Part shown: piece after piece, positions 55,853 to 64,000 of the stretch
How positions within the stretch are numbered: position 1 is the first letter of the stretch
Layout of the letters: every line of letters starts with the position of its first letter
From: Candidatus Woesearchaeota archaeon
GTDB lineage: Archaea; Nanobdellota; Nanobdellia; Woesearchaeales; GW2011-AR4
Direction of reading: 5' to 3'
DNA length: 64,000 bases
Assembly: GCA_018303655.1 (NCBI GenBank)
Contig: JAGVXT010000012.1
Span: 17,996-81,995 of the forward strand
Program-made: the position numbers and the translations under genes
The notes under the pieces: generated by a model
What the model saw: only the letters and a program-made list of their open reading frames with translations
What the model was told of the DNA's origin: nothing
Databases searched by the model: none

Positions 55853-56896
55853 TTGTTTTTTGCAATCTTGCTGCTTGCTTTCTACATAACAAGGCCTTTT
55901 CTGCCGGCGCTTTTCACAGGAGCAATCATAGCCTATTTGGCGTATCCATTGTATGAGAAAATATTAAGGCGCATCAGGAAAAAGCACATTGCTGCATTTA
56001 TTGTCACAATATTTATAATTCTTCTATTCACATTGCCATTTGTCCTTATTCTTGGTGTTGTTTCAAAAGAAGCTTACGCCACATATATAACCTTAAGCCA
56101 GCATAACCTTGGGACAAACTTCCTGAAGGTAGTATGTAAGGATGAGAACTGGCTGTCCTGCAAATTTACAAAATCCTTTGTCGGATTTTTGCCGGAAGAA
56201 GACCTTGATTATTACCTTCAGGCCACAATTAAAAGAATAACGGGCTTTATTATAGACAATGCCTCTAAATTTGTGGCTACAATCCCCTCAATCCTGTTGA
56301 ATTTCTTTGTCATGATTTTTGTGGTTTATTATTTGCTTAAAGACGGCGAAGCAATAGGAAAGAGGATAAAAAACATACTGCCTTTGAAAGAGTCCCACAA
56401 GCAGCATGTGCTCGATAAGTTCAGTGAGGTTACATCAGCGGTACTCTATGGCAACATCTCAACAGCGCTTATGCAGGGCATTTTGGGTGGTCTTGGATTC
56501 TGGATAATTGGAATGTCATCGCCGATTTTATGGGGGTTTGTGATGATGCTGTTTGCATTAGTGCCTTATTTCGGCACAGCCATTGTGTGGCTGCCAGCTG
56601 CATTAAACCTCATATTCATAGGTTATCTTCAAAATGACAACTCATCTACAATTCGTGGCATTATTCTGGTTGCCTATGGGATATTGGTTATAAGCAGCAT
56701 TGATAACATACTTAAGCCAAGATTGATAGGAGCAAAAGGAAAAGTGCATCCTGTTTTGGTGCTTCTTGGAGTCTTAGGCGGCCTGAGCCTGTTCGGGTTT
56801 ATAGGGTTAATTCTGGGGCCTGTGATGCTTGCCCTGCTGATGACGTTTGTCGGCATATATGAAGAGGAAAAAGCAGAGCTTGAGAAATATTTTTGA
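55853..56896 (+). CDS. AI-2E family (PerM/UPF0118) transporter
   Basis: 347 aa, polytopic, with a characteristic C-terminal half (ALVPYFGTAIVWLPAAL...ISSIDNILKPRLIG). Confidence 0.75.
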   Translation: MFFAILLLAFYITRPFLPALFTGAIIAYLAYPLYEKILRRIRKKHIAAFIVTIFIILLFTLPFVLILGVVSKEAYATYITLSQHNLGTNFLKVVCKDENWLSCKFTKSFVGFLPEEDLDYYLQATIKRITGFIIDNASKFVATIPSILLNFFVMIFVVYYLLKDGEAIGKRIKNILPLKESHKQHVLDKFSEVTSAVLYGNISTALMQGILGGLGFWIIGMSSPILWGFVMMLFALVPYFGTAIVWLPAALNLIFIGYLQNDNSSTIRGIILVAYGILVISSIDNILKPRLIGAKGKVHPVLVLLGVLGGLSLFGFIGLILGPVMLALLMTFVGIYEEEKAELEKYF

Positions 56897-58386
56897 CCAA
56901 AATGAAGCTTAAGATTAAGGATATAGCCATCGCAAGCGGCGGCCCTTTAATTGCAGTCATGAACAGTAAGGATGCTGCAATGTTTGATATCCACGTGATG
57001 GACAGGATAAAGATAAAAAAAGGGAAGATTATTGAGACTGTTGTTGTTGATATAGCACAAAGCAAAAAAGTAGTCCCAAAAGGCAGGCTTGGTGTTTTTG
57101 AAGAAGTGATCAGATCTTTGAATTTAAAAAATAATGACATTGTAGATATCGCCATTGCCAGAAAGCCCCTGTCGATTGATTACATTAAGAAAAAACTAGA
57201 TGGGCAGAGATTAAGCAAAGAAGAAATTAACCAGATAGTGTGGGATATTGTGCACAACAAGCTAAGCGCTGTTGAAATGACATATTTTGTTGCAGCATGC
57301 TATACAAATGTCATGACAACTGAAGAAACAATATTGCTGACTAAGGCAATGGTTGAGCACGGCGATGTGCTAAAGCTGAACAAGTATCCAGTTGTGGACA
57401 AGCATTCTATTGGAGGAATCCCTGGCAACAGGACTACACTTGTTGTTGTCCCGATAATCGCTGTTGCCGGATATTACATTCCAAAAACCAGCTCAAGGTC
57501 GATAACAAGCGCTGCCGGAACTGCCGATACAATGGAGGTTCTTGCAGATGTGACCTTTCCAATAAAAAAGATGAAGGAAATTGTCCTGAAAACAAGAGGA
57601 TGCATTGTATGGGGCGGTGCATTAAACCTTGCTCCTGCTGATGATAAGATTATAGCAGTTGAAAGGCCTTTGGAGATAGACGCTGAAAGCCAATTGCTTG
57701 CTTCAATAATGGCAAAGAAGCATTCTGTTTCAAGCACCCACATCCTCATTGATGTTCCTGTCAACAAGGACTCAAAAGTAAAAAACAGGGTTGAAGCTTT
57801 AAAACTCAAGAAGGAATTTGAGAAAATCGGAAAAAAGCTGAAAAAGCATATTAAGGTGCTGATAACAGACGGCAGGCAGCCAATAGGCAATGGCATAGGA
57901 CCTGCTTTGGAAGCAAGGGATGTACTATGGGTGCTGAAGAGGGATCCTAGGAGACCAATTGATTTGGAAAAAAAATGCCTGATGATGTGCGCCAATATTT
58001 TTAGCATGGTTGGACTAAAAGAAGGGTATAAAAAGGCTTTATCAATTCTAAATTCTGGCAAAGCTTACCAAAAAATGGTTGAAATAATAAAAGCCCAAAA
58101 CGGCAAGGAAATTGCAGCAGAAGACATTAAGATCGGCAAATACTCTTATGATGTTTTGTCAGCAAAAAGCGGCAGAATTATCGACATAGATAATGTGCTT
58201 GTTTCAAGAATCGCAAGGATTGCAGGAGCTCCTCACGATAAAGGCGCTGGAATTTATTTGTATAATCATATTGGCAGCAAAGTAAAAAAAAAGGAGAAAT
58301 TGTTTACAATCTATTCTGAAAGCAGGCACGAGTTTGAGTATGCTAAAGATATGGCTAAGAGTTCTAAGGTGTTTATTATAAGATAA
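56893..58386 (+). CDS. deoA: AMP phosphorylase / archaeal thymidine phosphorylase family
   Basis: 497 aa. The N-terminal extra domain (KLKIKDIAIASGGPLIAVMN) precedes the glycosyltransferase-family-3 core (DKHSIGGIPGNRTT, SRSITSAAGTADT). Confidence 0.8.
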   Translation: MTKMKLKIKDIAIASGGPLIAVMNSKDAAMFDIHVMDRIKIKKGKIIETVVVDIAQSKKVVPKGRLGVFEEVIRSLNLKNNDIVDIAIARKPLSIDYIKKKLDGQRLSKEEINQIVWDIVHNKLSAVEMTYFVAACYTNVMTTEETILLTKAMVEHGDVLKLNKYPVVDKHSIGGIPGNRTTLVVVPIIAVAGYYIPKTSSRSITSAAGTADTMEVLADVTFPIKKMKEIVLKTRGCIVWGGALNLAPADDKIIAVERPLEIDAESQLLASIMAKKHSVSSTHILIDVPVNKDSKVKNRVEALKLKKEFEKIGKKLKKHIKVLITDGRQPIGNGIGPALEARDVLWVLKRDPRRPIDLEKKCLMMCANIFSMVGLKEGYKKALSILNSGKAYQKMVEIIKAQNGKEIAAEDIKIGKYSYDVLSAKSGRIIDIDNVLVSRIARIAGAPHDKGAGIYLYNHIGSKVKKKEKLFTIYSESRHEFEYAKDMAKSSKVFIIR

Positions 58387-58389
58387 AAA

Positions 58390-58575
58390 TACGCCGCGAC
58401 TCGGACTTGCATGTGGCAAACAGTGACATGCGAGGCTCACTAGGGACTCGCTCGCCATTTACCCGCTTGCCACAATTTGAACCGAGAAACCCTTGCGGGA
58501 ACCAGCTTTCGCATTGCGGGGAATTCCCATGAATTCCAGCTCAAGGCTAGCGCAGTGCCAGATTGTGCCATCGCG
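58390..58575 (-). tRNA. tRNA-Ser(UGA) with two introns (37/38 and 59/60)
   Basis: Acceptor GCCGCGA/TCGCGGC plus G73, anticodon stem CTAGC/GCTGG, loop CTTGAG|A (anticodon 58539-58541), intron 1 at 58506-58537 (32 nt). Long variable arm (CCCgcaaGGG). T-arm CTCGG-TTCAAA|intron 2 at 58404-58473 (70 nt)|T-CCGAG. Confidence 0.75.
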
Positions 58576-58690
58576 GCAATAAGAAAAAGTTTTACTGGTT
58601 AATTTAAATTTATTGATTAATTTTTAATCAGAAAGCTAATCCCGTCAAAAACCTCTGGTTTTTGGGGTGCTCGAAAATCTTTAATTTTTG

Positions 58691-58766
58691 ACACTTTGCA
58701 GGGTTTGAACCCAGACGTCCTTGCGGACGGGAGGTTCTCAGTCTCCTGTATGCCACTTTGAGCGGC
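58691..58766 (-). tRNA. tRNA-Leu(GAG)-like sequence without a matching 5' acceptor strand
   Basis: On the minus strand: GCC-GCTCAAAGT-GGC, GGAGA-CTGAGAA-CCTCC, variable arm CGTCCgcaaGGACG, T-arm CTGGG-TTCAAAC-CCCTG, 3' CAAAGTG. No CACTTTG 5' strand, and 4 extra nt sit before the anticodon stem. A TTTATAAA box lies about 40 nt upstream. Confidence 0.3.
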
Positions 58767-58848
58767 CTTTTATTTCTTCAAGTAAATGTAGTAGGACTTC
58801 TCTTTTATAAATATCACGTGAAGATGTCCAGTGGTAGAAAAAGCAAAT

Positions 58849-59058
58849 TTACTTAGTTTTAGGCGGCAGCAACACAGGAACACCTTCTTTTATTGGATAC
58901 TTTTCGCCGCATTTAGAGCATAAAAGCCCTTTTTTGTCTTTTGTGTACTCCAAGTCTGCCTTGCACAGTGGGCAAGCCAGAATATCAAACAAATCCTTTG
59001 GAATTGGGTCATTGACACTTTTAGTTGTTTTTGCCATTTTACAGTTCCCGAGGGACAT
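58849..59058 (-). CDS. trm112: Trm112-like zinc-ribbon protein
   Basis: 69 aa. LFDILACPLCKADL....LLCSKCGEKYPIKEGVPVLL. Confidence 0.75.
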   Translation of the reverse strand: MSLGNCKMAKTTKSVNDPIPKDLFDILACPLCKADLEYTKDKKGLLCSKCGEKYPIKEGVPVLLPPKTK

Positions 59059-59261
59059 CCATTCTGCCTAGACGGTGCATAGGTCTCCTATTTTTGAATC
59101 ATAGGTTTTTACCGCTTTCAAACCGAAATCTTTATATATAACCTCTTGCTACTTCTTTATAAATCTTACCAAAGTCATCGACACTGTTGGTTTTTCAATT
59201 GGGGGTAGGGGTTAATAAACATTGTTGTTTTAGAAAACTATTTTGCACAGGTGAATCAAAA

Positions 59262-60188
59262 ATGCCAGAGCTAGTAAAGAAATGCCCGGAATGCGGCGGA
59301 ATAAACCTTTCTTGGAATAGAGATAGGGGCGAGATTATTTGCAGGGACTGCGGATTAGTTATAGAAGAGAAAATGGTTGATTTCTCCCAGGAATGGAGAG
59401 AGTTTGATTCTGAAGAAGGAGAAAAAAGAAGGCGTTCAGGCGCTCCAATGACTTACACTCAATATGACCAGGGCTTGGGAACAGAGGTTGGCCAGAAGGC
59501 TGACTTGTTCAAGCTTGGCGGCAAGGACAGAAACAAGTTCTTTAGGCTAAGAAAATGGCAATACCGGATATCAACTGCCATTGAAAGAAACCTTAAATTA
59601 GCTTTGGCTGAATTGAAAAGGGTTAGCTCTTACTTGAAACTGCCAAAATCAGTTGAGGAAGAGTCAGCTAGAATTTACACTTTGGCTGTCCAGAGAGGCC
59701 TTGTAAGAGGAAGAAGCATGGAATCTGTTGTTGCTGGCGCTTTGTACGCTGCATGCAGAAGGCATGATGTCCCAAGAACACTTGACGAGCTTAGCGAAGC
59801 TTCTGGAATTGAAAAGAAAGAAGTCGGAAGAACATACAGGTTCATCACAAGAGAGCTTGGAATTACAATTTTGCCATCAAACCCAGCAGACTACATTGCA
59901 AGGTTTGCAAGCGCATTAAAATTAAGCGCAGAAACCCAAAGCAAGTCAATCGAAATTCTTGAGCAGGCCCAGAAGTCAGAATTAACAAGCGGTAGAGGGC
60001 CAACAGGAATTGCAGCTGCCGCTTTGTATGTAAGCGCATTGATACATGGCGAAAAAAGAACACAAAGGGAAGTTGCTGATGTAGCTGGAGTAACAGAAGT
60101 CACAATCAGGAACAGGTATAAGGAACTCTTGGACGAGCTTGACCTTGAAGACGACATCAAGAAGACCAAGAAAAAGAAGAAGAGATAA
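59262..60188 (+). CDS. tfb: transcription initiation factor IIB (TFB)
   Basis: Zinc ribbon (CPECGG...CRDCGLV), B-finger and two cyclin repeats. The start is MPELVKK at 59262 (ORF track gives 59187). The tail is K-rich. Confidence 0.9.
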   Translation: MPELVKKCPECGGINLSWNRDRGEIICRDCGLVIEEKMVDFSQEWREFDSEEGEKRRRSGAPMTYTQYDQGLGTEVGQKADLFKLGGKDRNKFFRLRKWQYRISTAIERNLKLALAELKRVSSYLKLPKSVEEESARIYTLAVQRGLVRGRSMESVVAGALYAACRRHDVPRTLDELSEASGIEKKEVGRTYRFITRELGITILPSNPADYIARFASALKLSAETQSKSIEILEQAQKSELTSGRGPTGIAAAALYVSALIHGEKRTQREVADVAGVTEVTIRNRYKELLDELDLEDDIKKTKKKKKR

Positions 60189-60315
60189 TTCTTTTTTGTT
60201 TTATTTTTTAAAATGATTAATTCTACAGCTGACAGGGTAAGCGCCTTGATTAAGTACACTTTCTAATTAATGATAGTATATAATAATTTACTGGCTACTT
60301 CATATGATTTGTATT

Positions 60316-60330
60316 CGAAAGATTTATATA
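60316..60330 (+). promoter_or_regulatory. BRE/TATA (CGAAAGATTTATATA) inside the IS630 left end
   Basis: It ends 24 nt upstream of the ORF start at 60354. Confidence 0.4.
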
Positions 60331-60353
60331 TATGTAGCCCTTAACTAATTTGG

Positions 60354-61010
60354 GTGATTCTAATGCACTACGAAATATACAAAATCAGAGGTAGAAAATA
60401 CAAATATGCTGTTGAAAATTATAGAGCTGGTAAGAAAGTGAAACACAAAAAAACCTATATCGGCGCTTTGGAGCCGATAAACAAAGCCAAAAGGAAAAAG
60501 GGTGGTGGTAGAAAACCAGTCCTCTTTGTCAGACAGATTACAGAGGAAGAAAGAGCAGAACTTATGAGAAACTCAAAGAGCCAAGATGCTTTCATAAGAG
60601 ACAGAGCAAGACTAATTCTGTTCTCTTGTCAAGCCTTAAGAGTCAAAGAAATAGCAGGCAACATGAGTTGCGGCATAAGAAAAGTCAGAAAAGCAATAAA
60701 AGACTTCAATAAAAAGGGGCTTGCTGCTTTGCAGAGAGGCAAAGCAAAGGGCGCTGTTCCTAAATTTGACAATGTGATAAAGAAAATGATTCTTATGCAC
60801 TTCTCACAAAAACCAAGCAAATTCAACTATCATTTCACAACATGGACACTGCCAAGATTTACAAATCACCTTATAGACTATAAAGTCGTTGAATCCATCA
60901 GCATAGAAAAGGTTAGGCAGATACTCGAAGAGGCTGGAGCAAGGTTGAAAAGAAGCAAGCGATGGCAATACTCTCCAGATAAAGATTTTGATAAAAAAAA
61001 CTTGCAATAG
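60354..61010 (+). CDS. IS630 transposase, N-terminal HTH part (orfA)
   Basis: 218 aa. HTH and winged-helix segments (RARLILFSCQALRVKEIAGNMSCGIRKVRKAIKDFNKKGLAAL). It ends just after the GATAAAAAAAAC A8 run. Confidence 0.75.
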   Translation: MILMHYEIYKIRGRKYKYAVENYRAGKKVKHKKTYIGALEPINKAKRKKGGGRKPVLFVRQITEEERAELMRNSKSQDAFIRDRARLILFSCQALRVKEIAGNMSCGIRKVRKAIKDFNKKGLAALQRGKAKGAVPKFDNVIKKMILMHFSQKPSKFNYHFTTWTLPRFTNHLIDYKVVESISIEKVRQILEEAGARLKRSKRWQYSPDKDFDKKNLQ

Positions 61011-61045
61011 AGCAAGCTATTGCGTATCTTCCGCAAAACAGCGTT

Positions 61046-61522
61046 TTGCTATCTTTTGACGAGAAAGGAAAGACTGCAATCAAAATCTATGGAGGGCAAA
61101 AGTATGTCTTTCGAGGGTACTATCACATACCTTATGGGCAGAAAATTAAAGGAATTTGTGATTTATTCATGGCCCGCAACATTCATACAGGCAAAAGGCA
61201 TTACGCCTTTTATGACTGGAAAAACAGCTTTATTGTCACTGAATTTCTTGAAAAGTTGTTGGAGATTTATCCAAACATGGACATTTACATAATTTGGGAC
61301 GGATGGAGCGCTCATAGAAGCGAGCATACAAAGATGTTTTTGGATTTACATCCGAGAATAAAGATACTGCCTTTGCCAACAAAGGCATCATGGCTAAATC
61401 ATGTTGAAAGGGATTTTAGCAGCATACAAAGATTTCTGCTGAATAATAGTAATTTTGAAAGTGTGGTTGAATTTATCCAAGCAACAGAAATATTTATTGA
61501 AAAGGAGCTATGTTCTAGTTGA
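61046..61522 (+). CDS. IS630 transposase, DDE_3 catalytic part (orfB, -1 frame)
   Basis: The frame is open from 60995 (KKLAIEQAIAYLPQNSVLLSFDEKG...). It carries LSFDEKG, IIWDGWSAHRS and LPTKASWLNHVERDF. Confidence 0.75.
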   Translation: MLSFDEKGKTAIKIYGGQKYVFRGYYHIPYGQKIKGICDLFMARNIHTGKRHYAFYDWKNSFIVTEFLEKLLEIYPNMDIYIIWDGWSAHRSEHTKMFLDLHPRIKILPLPTKASWLNHVERDFSSIQRFLLNNSNFESVVEFIQATEIFIEKELCSS

Positions 61523-61748
61523 AAGTGTAATTAAGGCATTGGAAATAAAAGGTCATGAAGACAAAGCATTGGAAGTTGCCACAAGATTTTCCGATTTAAA
61601 CATATTAGTTGATAGGGATATGGCGCTTAGCACAAGAGATATGCGTGCTGTTTTTTCAGGAGTAGAGGATAGATTTAATCAAAGAGAAGCTTACCGAAGA
61701 AAGCTTTATGATAGGTTTATTAAACCTTACGAAGCATTACTGGATTAA
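61455..61748 (+). CDS. hypothetical ORF adjoining the IS right end
   Basis: 97-aa ORF. Its first ~28 codons overlap the IS630 end, so it may be a remnant or start later. Confidence 0.25.
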   Translation: MKVWLNLSKQQKYLLKRSYVLVESVIKALEIKGHEDKALEVATRFSDLNILVDRDMALSTRDMRAVFSGVEDRFNQREAYRRKLYDRFIKPYEALLD

Positions 61749-61766
61749 GAATAACTAAAAGATAAA

Positions 61767-62303
61767 CTAAACGCTTCTCGGCGCTGTTGGATGCGATTCC
61801 TGCACTTTAGGCCTTGCGGGCATTCTTGGAGCGTGCTGCGGGTGATGCTCTTTCTTTAGCTCTTTTATCTCTTCCTTCTCAATCTTTTTTGCCTCTTCCG
61901 CCCTTTCTTCCTTTATTTCCTCAACTTCTTTTTCAAGCTTCTCCTCTGGCTTTTCCGCTTTTGCTTCTTTTTTCTCTTTTTTTGCAGCTTTCTTTTCCTC
62001 AACTTTGGGCTTTTCTTTCGGAGCACCAACCAGTTCAACAAAAATCTTGCCTTTGTCGTCTTTCACTGCATTTACTTTAACATGATGCGGCGGGTTTTTT
62101 GCGCCATGTTCCCAGATTTTCAAATTGAGGCGTTTTCCAATCATAACATTCTCTGACTTCATGTGCTTCGAGATAAACTGCTTCACTGTTTTCACAGCCT
62201 TGTTTGCTTTTTTAAAAGGAGGAACTTTCAAAGTTTCCCTTCTAAGCGGAATGTTGTAAACCCTTTCCAAAACTGTTTTTGATGATTCCTCTTTCTTTGC
62301 CAT
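61767..62303 (-). CDS. rpl31e: 50S ribosomal protein L31e (eL31) with a ~90-aa K/E-rich C-terminal extension
   Basis: The core is YNIPLRR....PPFKKANKAVKTVKQFISKHMK......IGKRLNLKIWEHGAKNPPHHVKV. The tail is EKKAAKKEKKEAKAEKPEEKLEKEVEEIKEER... Confidence 0.85.
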   Translation of the reverse strand: MAKKEESSKTVLERVYNIPLRRETLKVPPFKKANKAVKTVKQFISKHMKSENVMIGKRLNLKIWEHGAKNPPHHVKVNAVKDDKGKIFVELVGAPKEKPKVEEKKAAKKEKKEAKAEKPEEKLEKEVEEIKEERAEEAKKIEKEEIKELKKEHHPQHAPRMPARPKVQESHPTAPRSV

Positions 62304-62305
62304 TT

Positions 62306-62803
62306 TTATTCCCCTTGTGGATAAATGAAAAGTATTTCTCTTGGTGCATATCCAAAACTTTGTGCTGTTTGCCTGACTGCATCTTCCAATTCTGGACGGA
62401 TTTCTTTTGGGACTAGCCCATCAAATAAGATTGGTTTGGTATCCATATCACCTGAAGTTTCTTTTGGATCAGGCATTTGTTTGCGAACCGAATTGATTAA
62501 GATAGTTACCTTTTCCAATCCCCCAGTTGCAGGTAAATTGGTTCTGCCAGGCACTTCAGCAATCGGTGATAAGTCATGAATTTCTGCTGAAAACTCCCTA
62601 ACGGTATATTGTAAATGATGACCCGAATATGCCACAATAAAACTTAAAGGTCTTCCACTTTTAATATCGCTAAGGCTCATTGTCATTTTTTTCACGCCTT
62701 TGTCTTTGTCCTTCGCCAGCTTCTCTTCAGCTTTGTGTGCCTGCCGGGGTGGATTCTTCTTGTCTTGCCGTATATCTTTGGCACTGTCCAGAAAGGCGCC
62801 CAC
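62306..62803 (-). CDS. hypothetical protein in the ribosomal-protein operon
   Basis: 165-aa ORF between the PDCD5-like gene and rpl31e. No motif recognised. The start could be the internal MTMSL. Confidence 0.4.
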   Translation of the reverse strand: MGAFLDSAKDIRQDKKNPPRQAHKAEEKLAKDKDKGVKKMTMSLSDIKSGRPLSFIVAYSGHHLQYTVREFSAEIHDLSPIAEVPGRTNLPATGGLEKVTILINSVRKQMPDPKETSGDMDTKPILFDGLVPKEIRPELEDAVRQTAQSFGYAPREILFIYPQGE

Positions 62804-62865
62804 CTTGTCTGCTTCCTTATTCTTGCCAGCCTTTTCTTCCTGCTTGGATGCTTGTATCGCGCCAT

Positions 62866-63201
62866 TTAAACTCTCTTTATTTTGATTTCTTTCTTCTTTG
62901 GAGTTAATTGCTCCAAAACCTTTTTCAGTGTTGAATCGTCGATTTTGCTTTGAACCTGTCCTTTTTGTATTGCCTGGAACAAGATCAAAAGCAGTTGCAG
63001 CGCCTTTTCCTGATGCGCTGTCTTCAAATTTCCGTACCTTGCCAGCGCTTCTTTTGTCATGAACTGCCTGACAATGGTTTCCATCTGCTCAATCTGCTGC
63101 TGTATCTGCGCATGCTCATTGGACTGCCCCTGCATTCTTTCCTGCTGCAGCTGCATCAATTCCTCAAGCTTTCTTTTTTTTATTTCGTCAAGAGTAGGCA
63201 T
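62866..63201 (-). CDS. PDCD5/TFAR19-like DNA-binding protein
   Basis: 111 aa. KRKLEEL..LQQ...., FMTKEALARYGNLK...... The position between rps19e and rpl31e is typical of archaea. Confidence 0.7.
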   Translation of the reverse strand: MPTLDEIKKRKLEELMQLQQERMQGQSNEHAQIQQQIEQMETIVRQFMTKEALARYGNLKTAHQEKALQLLLILFQAIQKGQVQSKIDDSTLKKVLEQLTPKKKEIKIKRV

Positions 63202-63206
63202 TTGAT

Positions 63207-63731
63207 TTACTGCTCTTTGCTCTCTTCTTTTTTCACTGCCTTTTGTTCCTGCTTTATTTCTGCAACTTCTTTTTTTGGTTCAATCTGAATTTCCTGCCTT
63301 GGCCTGATGCCGTGAATCTTAGTAGCTATCTTGTCCAAGAAGGATTTTCCTTTTGGAGTTATTATTCTTCCCTTATGGACGCCTTTTTCCGCAAACTTGA
63401 CAAAGCCTGCTTTTTCCAGCTGCTGCAGCGCCTTTCTTAAAATATTTCCTGAGCCTTTGTAGAAATGCTCTTTCTTCACGCCCCTGTTTTTTTTGCCGCC
63501 GTATTTTGTCCTTAATTTTGAAACTCCGACAGGGCCGTAGCGGTAGATGTTCCTTAAAACAGATGCGCTTCTCACATACCACCAGTCTTCGTCTACAGGA
63601 GGCCTTTCCTTGTGCATGCCTGTCTTTACAAACTGCGCCCATGAAGGGGCTTTTATTTCAGGTATTTTCTTCAGCTCTTCGGCCGCTTTGTTTATCAGCT
63701 CCTGCGGCTCCGCATCATACATTGTTGTCAT
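63207..63731 (-). CDS. rps19e: 30S ribosomal protein S19e (eS19) with a K/E-rich tail
   Basis: [42 protein letters not shown]. Confidence 0.9.
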   Translation of the reverse strand: MTTMYDAEPQELINKAAEELKKIPEIKAPSWAQFVKTGMHKERPPVDEDWWYVRSASVLRNIYRYGPVGVSKLRTKYGGKKNRGVKKEHFYKGSGNILRKALQQLEKAGFVKFAEKGVHKGRIITPKGKSFLDKIATKIHGIRPRQEIQIEPKKEVAEIKQEQKAVKKEESKEQ

Positions 63732-63881
63732 TTTTGTTGCAAATATTTTATTCCTGAATTTTATTTATTTTAATCCAAAAATTTTGTATACAAAATTTTC
63801 ATAATTTGTGCGCGTCGGCATTCTCCTGCGGAGTAATAATCATTTTTGTACTACTCCTCCGCGCCAACTCATTAAAACACC

Positions 63882-63928
63882 AAAAGCGGTTTACTTTTAT
63901 CACTTTTACTTATAAAAGTCGCTCTCGT
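63882..63928 (+). repeat. bipartite dispersed element, copy 4
   Basis: AAAAGCGGTTTACTTTTATCACTTTTACTTATAAAAGTCGCTCTCGT followed by a T-run. It is preceded by a GC-rich long hairpin at 63806-63868. Confidence 0.75.
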
Positions 63929-64000
63929 GATTTTTAATTTAATGATTTATTATTAATTATATTTATTCGCACCTTGCGGTGTTAGACTGGCTAACTCGGT

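Larger units (their letters stand above)
60243..61537 (+). mobile_element. IS630-family insertion sequence (boundaries tentative)
   Basis: Imperfect terminal inverted repeats: GCCTTGATTAAGTACACTTTC (60243-60263) against the reverse complement of GAAAGTGTAATTAAGGC (61521-61537). The transposase is in two frames. Confidence 0.55.

Noticed and set aside
57474-58061. A 195-aa minus-strand ORF.
   Set aside because: It is antisense inside the AMP phosphorylase gene.
58204-58458. An 84-aa minus-strand ORF.
   Set aside because: It overlaps the deoA 3' end and the tRNA-Ser 3' exon and T-loop intron.
63806-63868. A long hairpin (GCGCG...GGAGTAATA/TACTACTCC...CGCGC) that on the minus strand is followed by ACA, resembling an H/ACA guide RNA.
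   Set aside because: The would-be pseudouridylation pocket is strongly asymmetric (3 nt against 16 nt). The lower stem is only 5 bp, and I could not identify a K-turn or K-loop. I kept it only as part of the GC-rich island family.

Overview
The window looks like a low-GC archaeal genome, probably a small DPANN-type lineage. The lineage call is an inference from gene content: eS1, eL31, eS19, TFB, aCPSF1, proteasome beta, Bud32, Trm112, archaeal-type ProRS, HisRS and MetAP2, AMP phosphorylase, and BHB-type tRNA introns. Core genes alternate with accessory islands.

Four things stand out.

1. A 4.6-kb island at 26.5-31.1 kb is bracketed by inverted copies of a dispersed bipartite element. It carries an M.HaeIII-like R-M-Vsr module and a very AT-rich three-gene cassette of unknown function. 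The cassette encodes two paralogous wHTH proteins and a HEPN-like/wHTH protein. It is my best candidate for an undescribed defence or toxin system.

2. tRNA genes are unusually intron-rich. I found 8 good tRNAs by hand. Four carry an intron at 59/60 in the T-loop, and tRNA-Leu(UAA) has three introns. The long T-loop introns share GC-rich motifs with hairpin-dense intergenic islands.

3. A bipartite element (AAAAGCGGTTTAC ... AAAAGTCGCTCTCGT followed by a T-run) occurs four times in one orientation. Two diverged copies flank the island.

4. gyrB is broken inside the Toprim entry motif, so it is a split gene, a pseudogene or an assembly error.

Other notable items:
- a four-gene surface operon (7-blade FG-GAP propeller, HExxH protein, fibre-repeat protein)
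- three tandem paralogs of an unknown family
- a QueC-like fusion in a methyltransferase, FabI and PurM-like cluster
- a toxin-antitoxin module bracketed by a duplicated tRNA-Thr 3' end
- an IS630 element with an A8 slippery site, and an IS6-like transposase

There are no rRNA genes and no CRISPR array. All calls come from reading the sequence and the ORF track; no searches were run.
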